Assembly (NCBI GenBank): GCA_964016885.1
Contig: OZ024745.1
Span: 49,910,001 to 49,974,000, forward strand
Length of the DNA stretch: 64,000 nt
Source of the DNA: Eledone cirrhosa
Lineage: Eukaryota
Direction of reading: 5' to 3'
In this document: one piece after another, positions 25,724 through 39,570 of the stretch
Position numbering within the stretch: position 1 is the first letter of the stretch
Layout of the letters: every line of letters begins with the position of its first letter
Position numbers and translations under genes: made by a program
Notes under the pieces: model-generated
The model's database searches: none
What the model saw: the letters and a program-made list of their open reading frames with translations, nothing else
What the model was told of the DNA's origin: nothing

Positions 25724-26333
25724 ATATACGTGAACGACAAAGCATAAAGGAATTGAGAGAGAGACTGAGCATAAGAGGAATCAAATGCTGCGTGCAGGAG
25801 AGGCGGTTACGCTGGTATGGACATGTGATGCGTATGAAGGATGACAGCTGCATAAAAAGGTGCAGAGCACTAGAAGTTGATGGAAACCGCGGAGTGGGGA
25901 GACCCAAGATGACCTGGGATGAGGTGATAAAAGCCGACCTTACCCAACTACACCTCTCAAAGACAATGACACACGACCGTGACTTCTGGCGTCACGCAGT
26001 AATACAGGGTACCCGACCTCCCATGGGTACATGCTGAAGCATATAAACAATATGCCCCCACTCCCCCCACCGCAAGTTGGTCGTGGAGGTGCCACGGCAA
26101 AAAAGCACCCAGCCCACACTGTAAAGTGGACGTGTAGGCGCCACGAAAAAGCACCCAGCACTCACTGTAAATGAGGTTGGTGTTAGGAAGGGCATCCAGC
26201 TGTAGAAATCAAGCCAGATCAGTTCCTGTATGAGCAAGGTATGGTCAGCCGACCAGACACTGCCCACAACAGGACAACCCGTCTAACCCATGCTAGCGTG
26301 GAAGAACGGATGTAAAACGGTGATGATGATGAT
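25724..26333 (+). mobile_element. RTE 3'-end fragment
   Basis: [16 protein letters not shown], 3' UTR, (GAT)n tail. Confidence 0.93.
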
Positions 26334-26671
26334 ATATAGGTTTATGTATCAATATTTATGTACATTGATATTTTTATATCATTAAACTTGTTTCGAACAA
26401 CAAACTTTCATTACTCTTTAGTTGTTCTTCAATGGAGATAAATAAACAAAGACATTTCAGAGAAAGCAATAACCTAACCAATAATCTATAACTGTATTAA
26501 AACAGGCTATTTGATTATAGATGGAAAGCTATCTATTTATATGTTTTACAATGGTTTTACAATCGTTTCAGAAGGTCAATTGAACAGTGGCAGCCCCACC
26601 ACAACCAGGTGGACTCCAATATGTGTGTGTGTGTGTGTGCGCGCATGCATGTGTGTGTATATATATAGAGA

Positions 26672-28225
26672 GATCCTTACTAGAAGACATGACAGAATGT
26701 CTGTTGTAAACACTAAATCCCTCCCCCATGAAGAATGCACCTTCCAACATAGCTTCATAGTTAGTGACCTCATAGTCAGGACTAGACATACTCAACGCCA
26801 GACGAAAATTACCCTGAGGAGAAGAATATGGAAATTGAAGGATCCCACAGTCAGTAACAAATTTAAAAGCATATTACTTGATGCTTTTGACAGTAAGGAA
26901 GAGCAATTAGAGATGTACAATATAGAGGATCAGTGGGAGTTATGAAAGTTAACCTGCTGAAAGCGACAGATGAAATCTGTGGCTGGAGCAACCTATAGGC
27001 AGGACGAGAGTAACTTGGTGGTGGAACAGTAATGCTATAACAGAGGAATTTAAGACCGGTTGCCCATGGGAACTTCTATACACAGATGATCTAACTCTCA
27101 TAGCTGAATCTATGGCTGAACTAGAGAAATTCCAAACATGGAAGTATGGCCTAGAATCAAAAGGCCTTAAAGTTAACTTGTCTAAGACAAAGTTCTAGTA
27201 TGTAGAAAGGAAAATAGGGCACAGCTGCCCTCTGGGAAATGGCTATGCTCATTGTGTAGGAAAGGAGTAGGTAGAAATTCCATTTTAATGTCCCAAATAC
27301 AAACTATGGGTACATAAAAGATGTAGTGGGATCACAGGTAAGCTATCTAAGAAAGTAGATTTTATAGATGGCCGATGCTCAGGTGTAATAAGTGGCAAGT
27401 GCCCACAGGATACTAGCTCCTTCTATTGCCCAGATGGTTCTATAGAAATAGTGGACACTTTCCGTTATCTGGGTGACAAAATCAGCAGTGGTGGAGGGTG
27501 CTCTGAAAGTACAGTAGCCAGAGTCAGAACGGGATGGAAAAAGTTCAGAGAGCTTATACCACTATTGGCCACTAAAGGTTTCTCTCTAAAAATGAAAGGC
27601 AGATTGTATGATGCCTGCATACGAACAGCTATGTTACATAGCAGTGAGACATGGGCATTGTGTGCAGAGGATATACGCAGACTGGAGAGGAACGAAGCAT
27701 GCATGCTCCGTTGCATGTGTAATAGTAATATACGTGAACAGCAAAGCATAAATGAACTAATTGAGAAATTAGGTATAAGAGGAATCAGATGATGTTTACT
27801 CGAGAGAAGACTATGTTGGTATGGTCACGTGATGCACATGAAAGATGACAGCCGTATAAAAAAGTGCAGGGTGATCAAAATTGATGGAAGTTACGGAGTA
27901 GGTAGACCCAGAAAAACCTGGGACGATCTGATCAATTCCGACCTTACACACTTGCACCTCTCTAAGACAATGTCACTGGACCGAGATCTTTGGCGCCACG
28001 CAGAAGACCCGCCTTGCCTATGTACAAAGCGAAACCTACACTCAGTAGGCACCTCCTAACGAAATATACATCCCAACGTACTACCCCTACTCCATCCTCC
28101 CACTCCCACCAACACCACCCTTTCTCTGTAAAGTTATGTTGGTACCACAACATCCAGTCCAAACTAATGAGGTCGTGTAGGTGTCACGACAAAAAACCTC
28201 GCAGTCCACACTGTAAATGTGGTTC
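26672..28225 (+). mobile_element. decayed RTE LINE with a large internal deletion at ~27030
   Basis: APE C-terminus/linker (…TWWWNS) joined directly to [19 protein letters not shown]; colinear with the 44186-47498 copy otherwise. Confidence 0.9.
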
Positions 28226-28608
28226 AACTCACATACATATGTTTCCATACTCCACTAAGTGCATTTTATTGTGGCGCCAGCACAAGAGTGGTTGTCATGT
28301 CTCCAACGCAACTGAAATCCTCCCAAACCTTTGTTTAGCAAACTTTCTATGGCTAGATGCACTTCCTACCACCAACCACTTTACAGCATGTACTGGGTGC
28401 ATTTATCATCAGGTTGCTCTCAAGAGCTACTGGTAACATGTAACCCAGTACAACCTGTCACATAGTTGTGTCATTGGTGACTAAACTGGTAACCTCACCA
28501 AACTTGGTTTGTGAGGAAGGTGAATTTTCGGCACCATGTGGACTGAAAAACAAAACTCTTCAAAGAGCAGAGGAACTTAAGTGAGCGAATGGCCATCCAA
28601 TAGTGTGT

Positions 28609-28648
<40 letters not shown>

Positions 28649-28840
28649 CAAAATGTTAATAAATGAAAAATATTCCCATAATCAAAATATATATTTTATT
28701 ATACATATTTCAAAGGTACAATAGTGTTTAAGTACGTTTTCATCAGACAAAATATAAGATTTGATATGTGACATACCGCTACCGTTTTGATTATTCAATT
28801 CCAGTATTGGTGCACATGCACATGCACACACACACACACG

Positions 28841-28882
<42 letters not shown>

Positions 28883-30479
28883 TATACAGAACTCTTTAAG
28901 CATTGGTTGGAAGTTTGTCAAGGAGAAGGGTTATTCTGATTTCACAATCAGAGTAAATAAGACGCCATAGTTACCTAGGTGACAACTTTTTAAGTGGCCA
29001 ATGGCTTATTCCTTGTGATGAAGGTGGATGAGTTGTGGCTCAGTAGCCAGCTTCCTAGTAAGACAAGGTTTGGGATTCACCAATGTCACTTTTTTCTCCC
29101 GAGGAGAATCATGGACATACAGAATTATAGAGAGCACTAGTGCAATTATCCATGGCCCCTGACTATCGGCAATCGGGATGGGAAGAGACCTGACCAGATA
29201 TATTTCTAGCATAGACAACAACCCAGTGATTCAGGAAAAGGAAACAAGCAATTTTATTTTATTGATTCCGGAGGAGTGAAATACAATGTTGACCTCAACA
29301 GGATTTGAAACCATTGACAATAATAGTCTGTTAATATAATTTAAAGTATATAATGTCTGCTTAGCATGCTCCCTTGGATTGCTAAAAATATTCTCACTTT
29401 GTTCGATTGCCAACCAGTTTAAAGTGGCACCACCACTATAGAGGTTCTGAAGCACTCAACATATACAGACATTTCCCTCTACTCGTCTTTCTGGGTAAAA
29501 TAGGAAACTGAGGGCACTACATTGTGTCACCAGTGGTTGTTTTTTTCCACTGCACACTAAAAGGGACCTATCACCACATTTACTTTTAGTGTCATAGTAC
29601 TTGCACTGGTGGATGGCTATTTTGTATTGTCATACCACCAGTTAGCTTGGCTCAGTGTCATATGTTTCATGAGGTTATCCTTCACAACTTCACAAAAGAC
29701 AGAAAGATGTAACAACACTTTGGCTCACCATCTATCCCCTTACCTAGTATTCTCCCTCACACACTTGATCTGCTTCACTATAGTTATTTTCCCAGCCCAT
29801 TCACACACCTGACTCCTTGAGCATGGCTGTAAAAATTAGAAAGATGTAATAACACTTAAGCTGCCCCAACCATCACACTCTCTCTTCACAATTCCCCTCA
29901 CCTTGTCTTCCTCCTTACACACATGATCTCCCTCTACCTTCACTGTACTGCTAGACACTGCTTGCTCACTCATTCTATCCTTCTCTGCAAGACCAACATA
30001 TGATATAACACTCAGTCTTTCTTCCCTACTCTCTCCCACAACTCACAATACCAAACTTATCCCAAAACATTCCTATTCCTTGCCTAACCATGCCAGCATG
30101 GAAAGCTGAGCTTTCCCTTCCCACAATACCACTAGACGCCACTCACCCAAAAGCCACCCTACACTTTGCTCTAGTAACAGGCAGCCAAAACTTCACTCTC
30201 GTTCACTTCCCCCACTGCCCATTTGCCTATCACTATTCTCCCAGCCAAACCAAGGACACAATTGCACTAGTGTTGAAATGTGGTGTTACTGGCACCAAAA
30301 TAAAATGTGCTCAGTGCTCAGCACACACTGGAATGTAGAACTGCTGGTGTCTGAGAAAATGCATCTAGTCAACACTGTAAAGTAGTAGTGTTGATGCCAC
30401 TCAAAAAAAAAAAAATAAAATAAAATAAAATAAAAAAATCACCCAGTCCAACCTGGTACCAAGAATAAACAAACCTGGT

Positions 30480-30930
30480 ACACGACATGAAAGGGTTGGC
30501 GTTAGGAGGGACATTCAGCTATAAAAACCATACCAAAGAATATATGAACAACAAACAGTTGTCTGATGATCTGCCTGTCTAGCTTCAAAATGTGATAACC
30601 CATTTAATTCATGCAAGCATGGGAAATAGATGTAAAAAAATGATGATATATTCCTGGGAAGATCATGGGCACAAAATCCTCCCACATGCCTTCCAGCGGG
30701 TCCCATCAGAAGTAACCAATTCAAATTGATCTGGCTGTGATCTCTCAATTTGGAGAAGTAGCAGCTCTACCTGGAGCGATTCCCTGAACTCTGATCTTCG
30801 CATTCTATTGAGTAACATTACTCCAAAGACCCTTTGGAGGAACCCCATTTCAGCCACTTGTATTTGCAATTGTATTCTACCACACAAAATATTTCCATTC
30901 AATCTTCTATTGCTATTGGTCATGATTTTA
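30480..30930 (-). mobile_element. old RTE (Expander-like) C-terminal remnant plus RTE/SINE 3'UTR-like remnant
   Basis: IQVAEMGFLQRV.G..L.NRMR.SE.RE.L.VE.LLL.IERSQ in ORF 30663-30923. Confidence 0.7.
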
Positions 30931-32406
30931 CATTCTAGTTAAGGCAAATGATGGTCTTAGTTCCCAAGTGCTCCTTCAATCCACATTCTTCATCCCCACT
31001 TTCATTGGCTAACCCATATCAGCATGGAAAGAAGTGTCATATTGTGTTTCCCCCTCCTAAACCCCAAATTTATCTAACTCATGTCAACATGGAAAAAAGA
31101 TGAACCCGCTATTCCCACCCATATTCCTGATTCACTTCCTTGTCCGACCCAAGCTAGCTTGGAAAGCCAGGCATTCTTTGCAATAGACTGCTAGATGTAA
31201 TTCATTCTCTTCAAGGAGGTCTCCCTGACCAGACACTTCCTCCCCCACGGTGGTTTGACATGCATTCCCCCCACTTGTGATGCCATGATAAAACTTCTCA
31301 CAGTTCACATTGTAAAGTGGTAGTGATGATGCCACAATGAGCAGTAGCCAGTCCACCCTGTAAGGTGATAGTGCTAGTGTCACATCAAAAGCACATTTTA
31401 CCAATTAATGTGGTAGTGCCAGAGACACAATAAAATGCTCTCAGTACATGCAATCAAGTGGTTGGCATTAGAAAGAGCATCCAGCTTGAAGTGAAATTAA
31501 ATGTATGTGTTGATCTGGAGGGTATAAGGCATTGAAATCAGGACAAACACATCAAAAATAACAATACTTTATTTACATTGTAAACACTAATCATTTTAAT
31601 ACATGAGTATGATTATTTTGAATCCTAACAGCATTACTAGTTGATGCTATAGTATGTTCATACAAATATATGTAGTTGCGCATGTCTGTGTGTACAATCA
31701 GCCTTTTTTGTCTGAGATGGTTTTTCGAAAGTGTCCACTTTACCATTTATTTTCAGGCTTTACAACCTGTATATAACTAGGTGAGGAGTTATGCTTGACT
31801 AGGTGTAAGGAAAGAAGAAATGACAAGATATGGGTTCCAACTTGGATACAAACTTGTTACATTACTTCCCTTGCAGATAAATGACAGAAGTGATGAGGAA
31901 GCTGACTTAGAGAAATGGACATAGTGAGATAGCCAGTGCACCCAGGATCTGGCTCCTTCTGCTGGAGCAGATTAAAATACCGGTGGATGGAAGCACTGGT
32001 CCAGTGGTAAGGGTGTTTGCAATTCCATTTGGACTTTATTTAAGCAGTTAACACTGGCAGAGCCTTTCTTTCTATTATTTCCAAAACAAAATATTTGGGT
32101 GTTCTGATATAACTTTGTAGGGTCCTGTATATAGTAGTTGCATTGGAGCTCATATAGAGTTATTCTAAATAAACACCTGTCCACCATTGCATCTTGGATG
32201 GAACATGAGTTGTGGCACCAGATGGCAGGCTTGACATATATGTCCATGGGATGTAGAATAATTTGTTGTAGTCATGAGAACCAGGGGCAATCATTTGTCC
32301 AACAGTCAACCATTTTTTGCCTGAGATTGTTTTTCAAAATTGACATTGCAGTCAGTGCTTAACATCAGACAGTTTGAACAGAAAGAGAATATTTGCTCAG
32401 GCTATA

Positions 32407-35400
32407 CATCATCATCATTTTACGTCCGCTTTTCCCTGCTTGCAAGGGTCGTACGGGTCTTATTCAGCACAGCATCTCTCCACTTGTCACGGTCCTTCGT
32501 CATCTCCACCGTGAGCTTCAGCAATCTGAGGTCTGTTCTCACCACCTCCGCCCATGTTTTTCGGGGTCTACCTCTACCACGTCTTCCTTCAACTGGCATT
32601 TCCTAGCACTTCTTCACCCATCGGTCATCATCCATGTGCATCACATGTCCATACCACCGTAGTCTCCTCTCTTGCACACTACATTCTATCCCTCTCAGAC
32701 ACAGTTTCTCTCTCAACACATCCATGCTGGGTCATTCACGCACATTGACATTGCACATCCAACGGAGCATGCTTGCCTCATTTCTCTCCAGCCATCGCAT
32801 ATCCTCTGCAGTTGCTGCCCAAGTCTCACTACCATGCAGCATCGCGCTCCTCACACAGGCATCATATAACTGGCCTTTTGTACGCAGGGAAAAACCCTTC
32901 TTTGTCAGCAGAGAAAGCAGCTCCCTAAACTTCTTCCAACGCATCCTTATTCTAGATACTATGGCCCCAGAACACTCCCCTCCCATGCTAATCTGATCTC
33001 CTAGGTACGGGAAGCTATCAACCACTTCTATAGCACCCACCTGCATTTGAAAAATGTGTCTATCAATGCGACTTCTACTGTCTAATTTCCCTGTTTATCT
33101 ACTGTATATGTATTTCTCCCTACCTGTTAGTTTGCCTGCTATCCCACTACATCTCTTGTGTACCCAAGATCTGCATTGTGCACATTTTATAGAATTTATG
33201 CCAGTTCCTTTTCTGCATATCGAACATGACCATTTCCCTGATGGAATCAGAGTTTTGTCCTCTTTTCTACTCATCAACACTTTTGTCTTGCCTAGGTTCA
33301 CTCTAAGTCCTCTTGATTCCAACTGCTGTTTTCATAGCCAGAATTTATTCTCTAGCTCCTCTACTCATTCTGCTATAAGAACTAGATCGTCAGTATAGAG
33401 AAGTTCCCATGGATAGCCAGTCTTAAACTCCTCTGTTATGGCTTGGAGGACTATAATGAACAAGAGCGGGCTGAGGACGGAACCCTGATGTACTCCTATT
33501 TGTATCTGGAATTCCTCACTAAACACCATCCCTACTCTGACTTTACTGACAGCACCTCTGTACAAAGTTTGCACTGTCCTCGCAAGCCATTCTTCAACAC
33601 CTAGTTTCCTTAGGGACCACCAGATGACAGATTGGAGTACCCTATCAAAGCCTTCTCTAGGTCAATAAAAGCTAAGTATAGGGGCTTATTCTTCTCTAAG
33701 AACCTCTCTTGTAATTGTCTCACCAAGAAGAGAGCATCTGTTGTACTTTTCCCAGGCACAAAACCAAACTGCATCTCATCTAGTTTGACCCTTTCTCTAA
33801 TTAGTTGTGCTAATATCCTTTCTGCCACTTTCATAACCTGATCCATCAGTTTTATAACTCTATAGTTGCTGCTCTCCAGAGCATCCCTTTTACTTTTGTA
33901 GCAATTTATGAGAATACAGCTGCACCAGTCTTTGGGTATAACACTGCCATATATAGCCTGATTGATGATGCGTGCAACCAGCTTAGTGCCTACGTCCCCT
34001 GATGCCTTCAGCATCTCAGCAACTATCCCCGACAGTCCAGCGGCCTTACCATTTATTATTTCCTTAATCGCCTCTTGGACCATATATTCGTCAATCTCAA
34101 TAGCTGGTCCCTCTGTCGGATCTACTGAGGGTAATTTCTCTCTCTCCCATTCGTTCTCCACATTCATCAGTCTCTCATAATCCCATTTCCATGCCTCCTT
34201 TTTCTGATCATTCATGACACTAAGTACACCGGCACCATTCCGGACACATTTATCTCCAACAACATCCTGATTTGCATTGACACACTGCCTTGCAATGTGG
34301 AACACCGCACGTCTCTGATCTTCCCGTTGCAGAACATTGGCAAATCTCCTACTCTCAGCCTCCCTGCATGCTAAGTACACTTGATGTCTAACTTCTCTCT
34401 TAGTGGCTGTATATCCTTCTCTACTCCCACCCTTTATCCAAGCCTTCCATGCTAGTCTTTTGTGACTGCAATGTCAATTTTGAAAAACAATCTCAGGCAA
34501 AAAATGGCTGACTGTTGGACAAATGATTGCCCCTGGTTCTCATGACTACAACAAGTTATATCTACCTATCTACCTGTGCTGTTCCACCACCAGGTCACTA
34601 TCTGTCTGGTTGGAGCGCTGCTCCAGACACAAGTTTCATCAATAGCCTGCAGTAAGTTGTCACATAAAAAATTCCAGTTATCATCTATGTCATACAACTC
34701 TAAATCGTCTTCTTTTCCTAAATTTGTATTTTAGTGAAAAGTCTTTTAGCTTCCAGACCTTTCTTCTCCACACCTTCCTGTATGTCTCATTCCGTCTCTT
34801 ACTGAGATATCACTAACGACTAACCTATGCTGTGGGGTACATTCTTCCTCAGAGTATGCCTTGGTATTTGACACCATCTGCTTGTCCCACTGCCTAACTA
34901 GTAAGAAGTCAATCTGGCTTATGTGCTCGCCTGATTTGTAGGTTATTAGGTGGTTGGCAGGTTTCTAGAAGTTAGTCTTGCAAGTGGTCAGTGTACTTGC
35001 ATCACAAAATTCAAGAAGTCTCACTCCATTTCTTGAACCATAACCGTGCCCACCATGTACCCCAGTGTAACCATCCTGGAGCTGTCCAACATGACCATTG
35101 AAGTCCCCTGCTAGCATAACGATGTCTCCGTCCTCTGTCATTGCGACTGTTTGTAAAAGTTGCTCGTAAAAGCAGTCTTTCTCTTCTTTACCTAGGCATG
35201 CTTGGGGAGCATAGGCAGAGATGATTGTCAGTAGTCTCTTGCCTACAACTAATCTAAGCTTAATTATTCTATTGCTAACCCTAACACCTCTATTGTCTTA
35301 TTGATCCATCTCTCAGCCAAGTAAATGCCTACTCCCCCTAACCCATCATCCTTACCTACCCAGCAAAGTTTATAACTAAGATGTTTGCCTGTGATTAGTC

Positions 35401-35600
35401 TCGCAGAGGCACCTCTCCATCTCACCTCTTGCACGCAGCACACATCCACATGCCTTCTCTCCAGCATCTCCGCTATTTCACCAGATCTACCTGTGAGAGT
35501 GCCAACGTTAAGTGTTGCAAATCTGAGATGCAACGTCTTCATACTTTTGTTCCTTTTCCTGTAGTCACCATTCACAAAACACATTGTATAGACACATACA
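32407..35600 (-). mobile_element. near full-length decayed RTE LINE (APE + RT + PHD-type finger)
   Basis: TLNVGTLTGR, CVQEVRW (APE); [16 protein letters not shown]; (CAT)n tail at 32407; many frameshifts. Confidence 0.93.
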
Positions 35601-36484
35601 GGCTTGTGTCATGCTTTTATTATTTATTTTGGGTGTGACAATAAGAAAAAATGAATTGCTCTAGAACCAAACAAGTTATAGAAACCAACCCCAAATGTGT
35701 AACATTTGTAACATTTGTAACATTTGGACAAGGCAAGGTCACCTGATTAGTCAATCCCTTTAATATGTGGTTATATATATATAACCACAAACAAATTACC
35801 AAACAGAAGCAAGACGAGGTGGCTGGTGTAAACAAACAGGACAATAACACACGCACACACACACACACACACACAGTGGCATTTGAACGATTGTTATTGT
35901 GTGTTTAGCGCCCCCACCATCCACCGACCAACAATCAACAATCGATCAGACAGACTACTACACTGCTAGTACCAAAGACTAGTACATATAGGTAGTACGA
36001 TGTATTGACAGTTAGCGCTATCCCACTCCCACAATAAAGATGAGCTGCCTCAACCTTTGCTTGATCGCACCTATTGTGCGCGCATGTGCGCTCTACAGAA
36101 TATCTCAGTTACACACAAACAGCAGACAACAGAGGCCACGTACCATTCCTCTCCGACAGATAACTTTCAGCCCCGGAAAACCCCCCAGTTGATGGATGCG
36201 AATCGGAAATATAGGGACTATTAAATCTCTCCCAAGGTAACTCTATCTCATGTTATTATTTTTTACACTCTTTCCTACGTTCCTCTACACATTATACATC
36301 TCATTCTACATTTCTTTACATCTCTCTCTTCACCATCTGTTATGTAGTTGTGACTGTTATTATATAAGTTTGTTTATCACGAACCTTAAGAAAATCCTTA
36401 TAAACGAGTGCATTCGAATTGTATGCATATATATATACACAAGAAAAAGAAAGAAAAACTTTCAAAAGAGAAACTTTCAAAAAT

Positions 36485-36791
36485 AAGAGAAACTTTCAAA
36501 GATCGGTGGTATAACCATCGCCATTCCTTTAACAGAATAGATAAGAGGAAATGTACGGCCCTTTCTGAATTCATCTGGAAGCTCAAACTTGAAAAGATCC
36601 CGCACTCTCTGGTGTGGTCCGTGGTTAGAAAGGTTCCCCCAGACAGAGGCGGGTCTGGTATTTGCAACCTCTGTCTTAGTGAGACACTCGAGATTCTTCA
36701 TGGCGGAACCAAGCTATTAAACAGAAGGGCCGACTTATTCGGTGCCTGCAGGCACCTAAGGACGGGAACTTTCCTCAAGCTATATGGATAA
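36485..36791 (+). mobile_element. PLE GIY-YIG C-terminal fragment
   Basis: FKDRWYNH, TALS.FIW.LK, CNLCLSE, LLNRR, CRH. Confidence 0.85.
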
Positions 36792-36943
36792 ACCCCGGTT
36801 ACGGCCTCCCACAACGCCCCCCCCCCCCGTAGGTCTTCTACACCTCGTACCAATGACCAATGGACAACAACAACCACCCATAGTTTGTGGTCCCTATGGT
36901 GGATGGTCCACTGGATCCTCTACTGATTAGGAGTCATCTAAAC

Positions 36944-39570
36944 CAAAGGTTCTCAACGGGGAGCATATGCACCCCCGGGGGGCGTTTCTGAACTCCAGGG
37001 AGGCGTTTGGGAGCAAGTAAGGGGGTCGCTGGTAAGTTTTATAAGCCATATTTTGTATGTCTTTGAGACATCCAGAGTGAATGCATTTGAATGAGCATGC
37101 AGACAGCATAACTATGGTCTGACCGCAGGTGTGCAGGTGTGTCTAGATATTAACCAGCAATTGAGATCCCAACAATGGAAAAACCCACAGTCAACTGGGT
37201 CAAGGACACTTCAAGCGCAGCCAGTTAGAATCTTGTCTTTCCTTCACCAATAACAATGTATTCCATGTCTGAAATTATTGACTCAACTGTAATGAGTTAA
37301 CACTATGTAGATCTATTTTATTCCCTATTGTATAAATAATATTACAAATAAAAAAAGAAAAGAAAAAACACAGAAGCGGGTAACACACATCTAGGACCAC
37401 ATACAACACATAATCAGATAATACACACATCTAGGACCACATACAACACATAAGCAGGTAATGCATACATCTAGGACCATATACAACACATAAGCAGGTA
37501 ATACACACTTCTAGGACCACATGCACCACATAAGGAGGTAGCACACACATCTAGGACCACATGCAATACATAAGCAGGTAATACATACATCTAAGACCAC
37601 ATACAACACATAAGCAGGTAATACAAACATCTAGGATCACATACAACACATAATCAGGTAATACAAACATCTAGGATCACATACAACACACATGCAGGTA
37701 ATACATACATCTAAGACCACATACAACACATAATCAGGTAATACAAACATCTAGGACCACATACAACACATAACCAGGTAATACATACATCTAGGACCAC
37801 ATACAACACATAAGGAGGTAATACATACAGCTAGGACCACATACAACACACATTGTATCATGTGCTATGGACGACGCAAGAGCAATGGTCGGCCAACATA
37901 AGGGTTTCGTCACTCTTCTGAAGAGAGAAAATCTATCTGTATTTGCTGTTCATTGTATCATTTGGCTGCGAAGAAACTCACCGAGCTGCTGAACAAGTCC
38001 TTGCAGGTGGCCATTGATGTCATCAATTTTATAAAACGGCATTCCGTCAATGAATGAATTTTCCAGCAACTGTGCCAAGATAATGACGAAGCATTCATCA
38101 AGTTGCTCCTTCATACTGAAGTGAGGTGGCTTTCAAAGGGCAAGTGCCTTACTCACTTCTTTGAACTCTTCGATTCTATCATTGAGTTTCTGCGAGGACG
38201 CAACACAGAACTGTACAAGAAAACCCTCGATGTGAGACAAGAAAGCGCCTACCTCACCGACATCTTCGACAAATGCAATAGCATCATTTTGGCTTTGCAG
38301 GGGAAGAAGATCACTTTGCTTAAAGCAAGGAATGCTGTGAAAACATTCCTGGCCAAATTGAATGTCATCGAAAAGAATCTTTATTGATAGGAATTCTATA
38401 ATTCTCCTAGTGTTGCCAATGTTTAAAACATTGTAAGCAATGACAAACTCCAAATTTATACCACTCACCTCCGTGCGCTACAAGACAACATGAAAGAATG
38501 GTTTGTCAACCTTTTGCCGATGGACATCCCGATGTGGATAGCAGATCCCTTCATAGCTAACGTCGATGATTTGGACGTTAAATTTCAGGAAGAATTCATT
38601 GAACTTCAAGCAGATGACATGATCAAAATTAGATTTCCCAAAATAGGTGAACCCCTTTTTGGGATGCAAGAGGAAATTCTGCATCGATTTCCACACTTAC
38701 ATGCAGAGGCTAAGAGATTTGCTCTGCCTTTTCCAAGCTCATACTTAGTCGAGAGGGGGTTTGGCGCTGTTTCCAGACTGTACAGTAAGGCTCACAACCA
38801 CTACAATGTAATTACACGTGGAGATCTCCGGCTACATCTTATGAAAATCTAGCCTGGCATCAAAGAGTTAGCTAGACTCCATGAAGCTCAAGGGTCCCAT
38901 TGAAATAAGGTCAAAGTTAAAGTAAGTTGAAAACTTGGATATGCTATTGTTACAAAGCAAACTAACAATTTTCTATTTGTAGTTGCAGTCTGACTGGATT
39001 GGAAACCATCTACTTCAATTTACTTACTCATTTGTTGTATATATTTTACCATTTACTAATAAATATACCCTCTTACATGGTCATGAAAACCCTCTTCTGT
39101 GGTCTCTAAACTCACAAAGCGGAGGGGAGATCAAGTTGGATATCAACATTTATTCTGTCCATTTCATTAAAGGGAACAGTAGAAAGTTTTGAAATGATAT
39201 AATTGCCTCTTTCTTCCAGATAAGAGCACTCTTTGGATAGACAGAGTTGCTCTTGTATAAATGTTCAAAATAGCTGGTATCGCCTGGTGGGAATATAACA
39301 AATTCAACTGGTCCTTATTCATAAAAAAGAACAAACATTTATGTTCCTTTTTTTTTAAATTTATATATTTCCTTTCAAGGAATGTATTTATACTCTCAGC
39401 TGCCTCCAATGGTATCTTTGGAATATTGTTAATCAATTTTTTAGTAATCTACTGATATCAAAATCAGTAGTATATTGAAAAATGGAAAAATAGAGTAGGG
39501 GGCGTTTCGTGATTTAAAAATGGAAAAATAGAGTAGGGGGCATTTGGCCTAAATGGGTTGCGAACTTGTG
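36944..39570 (+). mobile_element. hAT (Buster/Charlie-type) DNA transposon, decayed
   Basis: TSD ATCTAAAC at 36936-36943 and 39571-39578 (nnnTAnnn); imperfect TIRs CAAAGGTTCTCAAC / GTTGCGAACTTGTG; transposase remnants VHCII, LLHTEVRWLSKG, AYLTDIF, PFPSSYLVERGF, RGDLRL. Confidence 0.9.
37370..37852. repeat. 40-bp minisatellite, 12 units
   Basis: CTAGGACCAC-type core recurs exactly every 40 bp from 37391 to 37831. Confidence 0.95.

Noticed and set aside
28430-30470. Short ORFs and repeat remnants
   Set aside because: No recognisable protein motifs; only faint SINE-like fragments (e.g. ~29255-29312) that cannot be delimited.
31870-32400. Possible host exon or piggyBac remnant (acceptor-like TTGCAG, SDEEADLEKW, FLLLFP)
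   Set aside because: Stops in all frames and similarity too weak to support without a search.
36915-36943. HHR start CTGATTA interrupted by the hAT
   Set aside because: Core mismatch, and no GAAA or stem completion after removing the hAT.
37370-37852. CRISPR-like regular repeat
   Set aside because: Whole 40-bp units repeat with no unique spacers; no cas genes; eukaryotic context.
38103-38852. Domesticated ZBED/SCAND3/FAM200-like gene
   Set aside because: Stops and frameshifts, and flanked by TIRs and a TSD; a decayed transposon.
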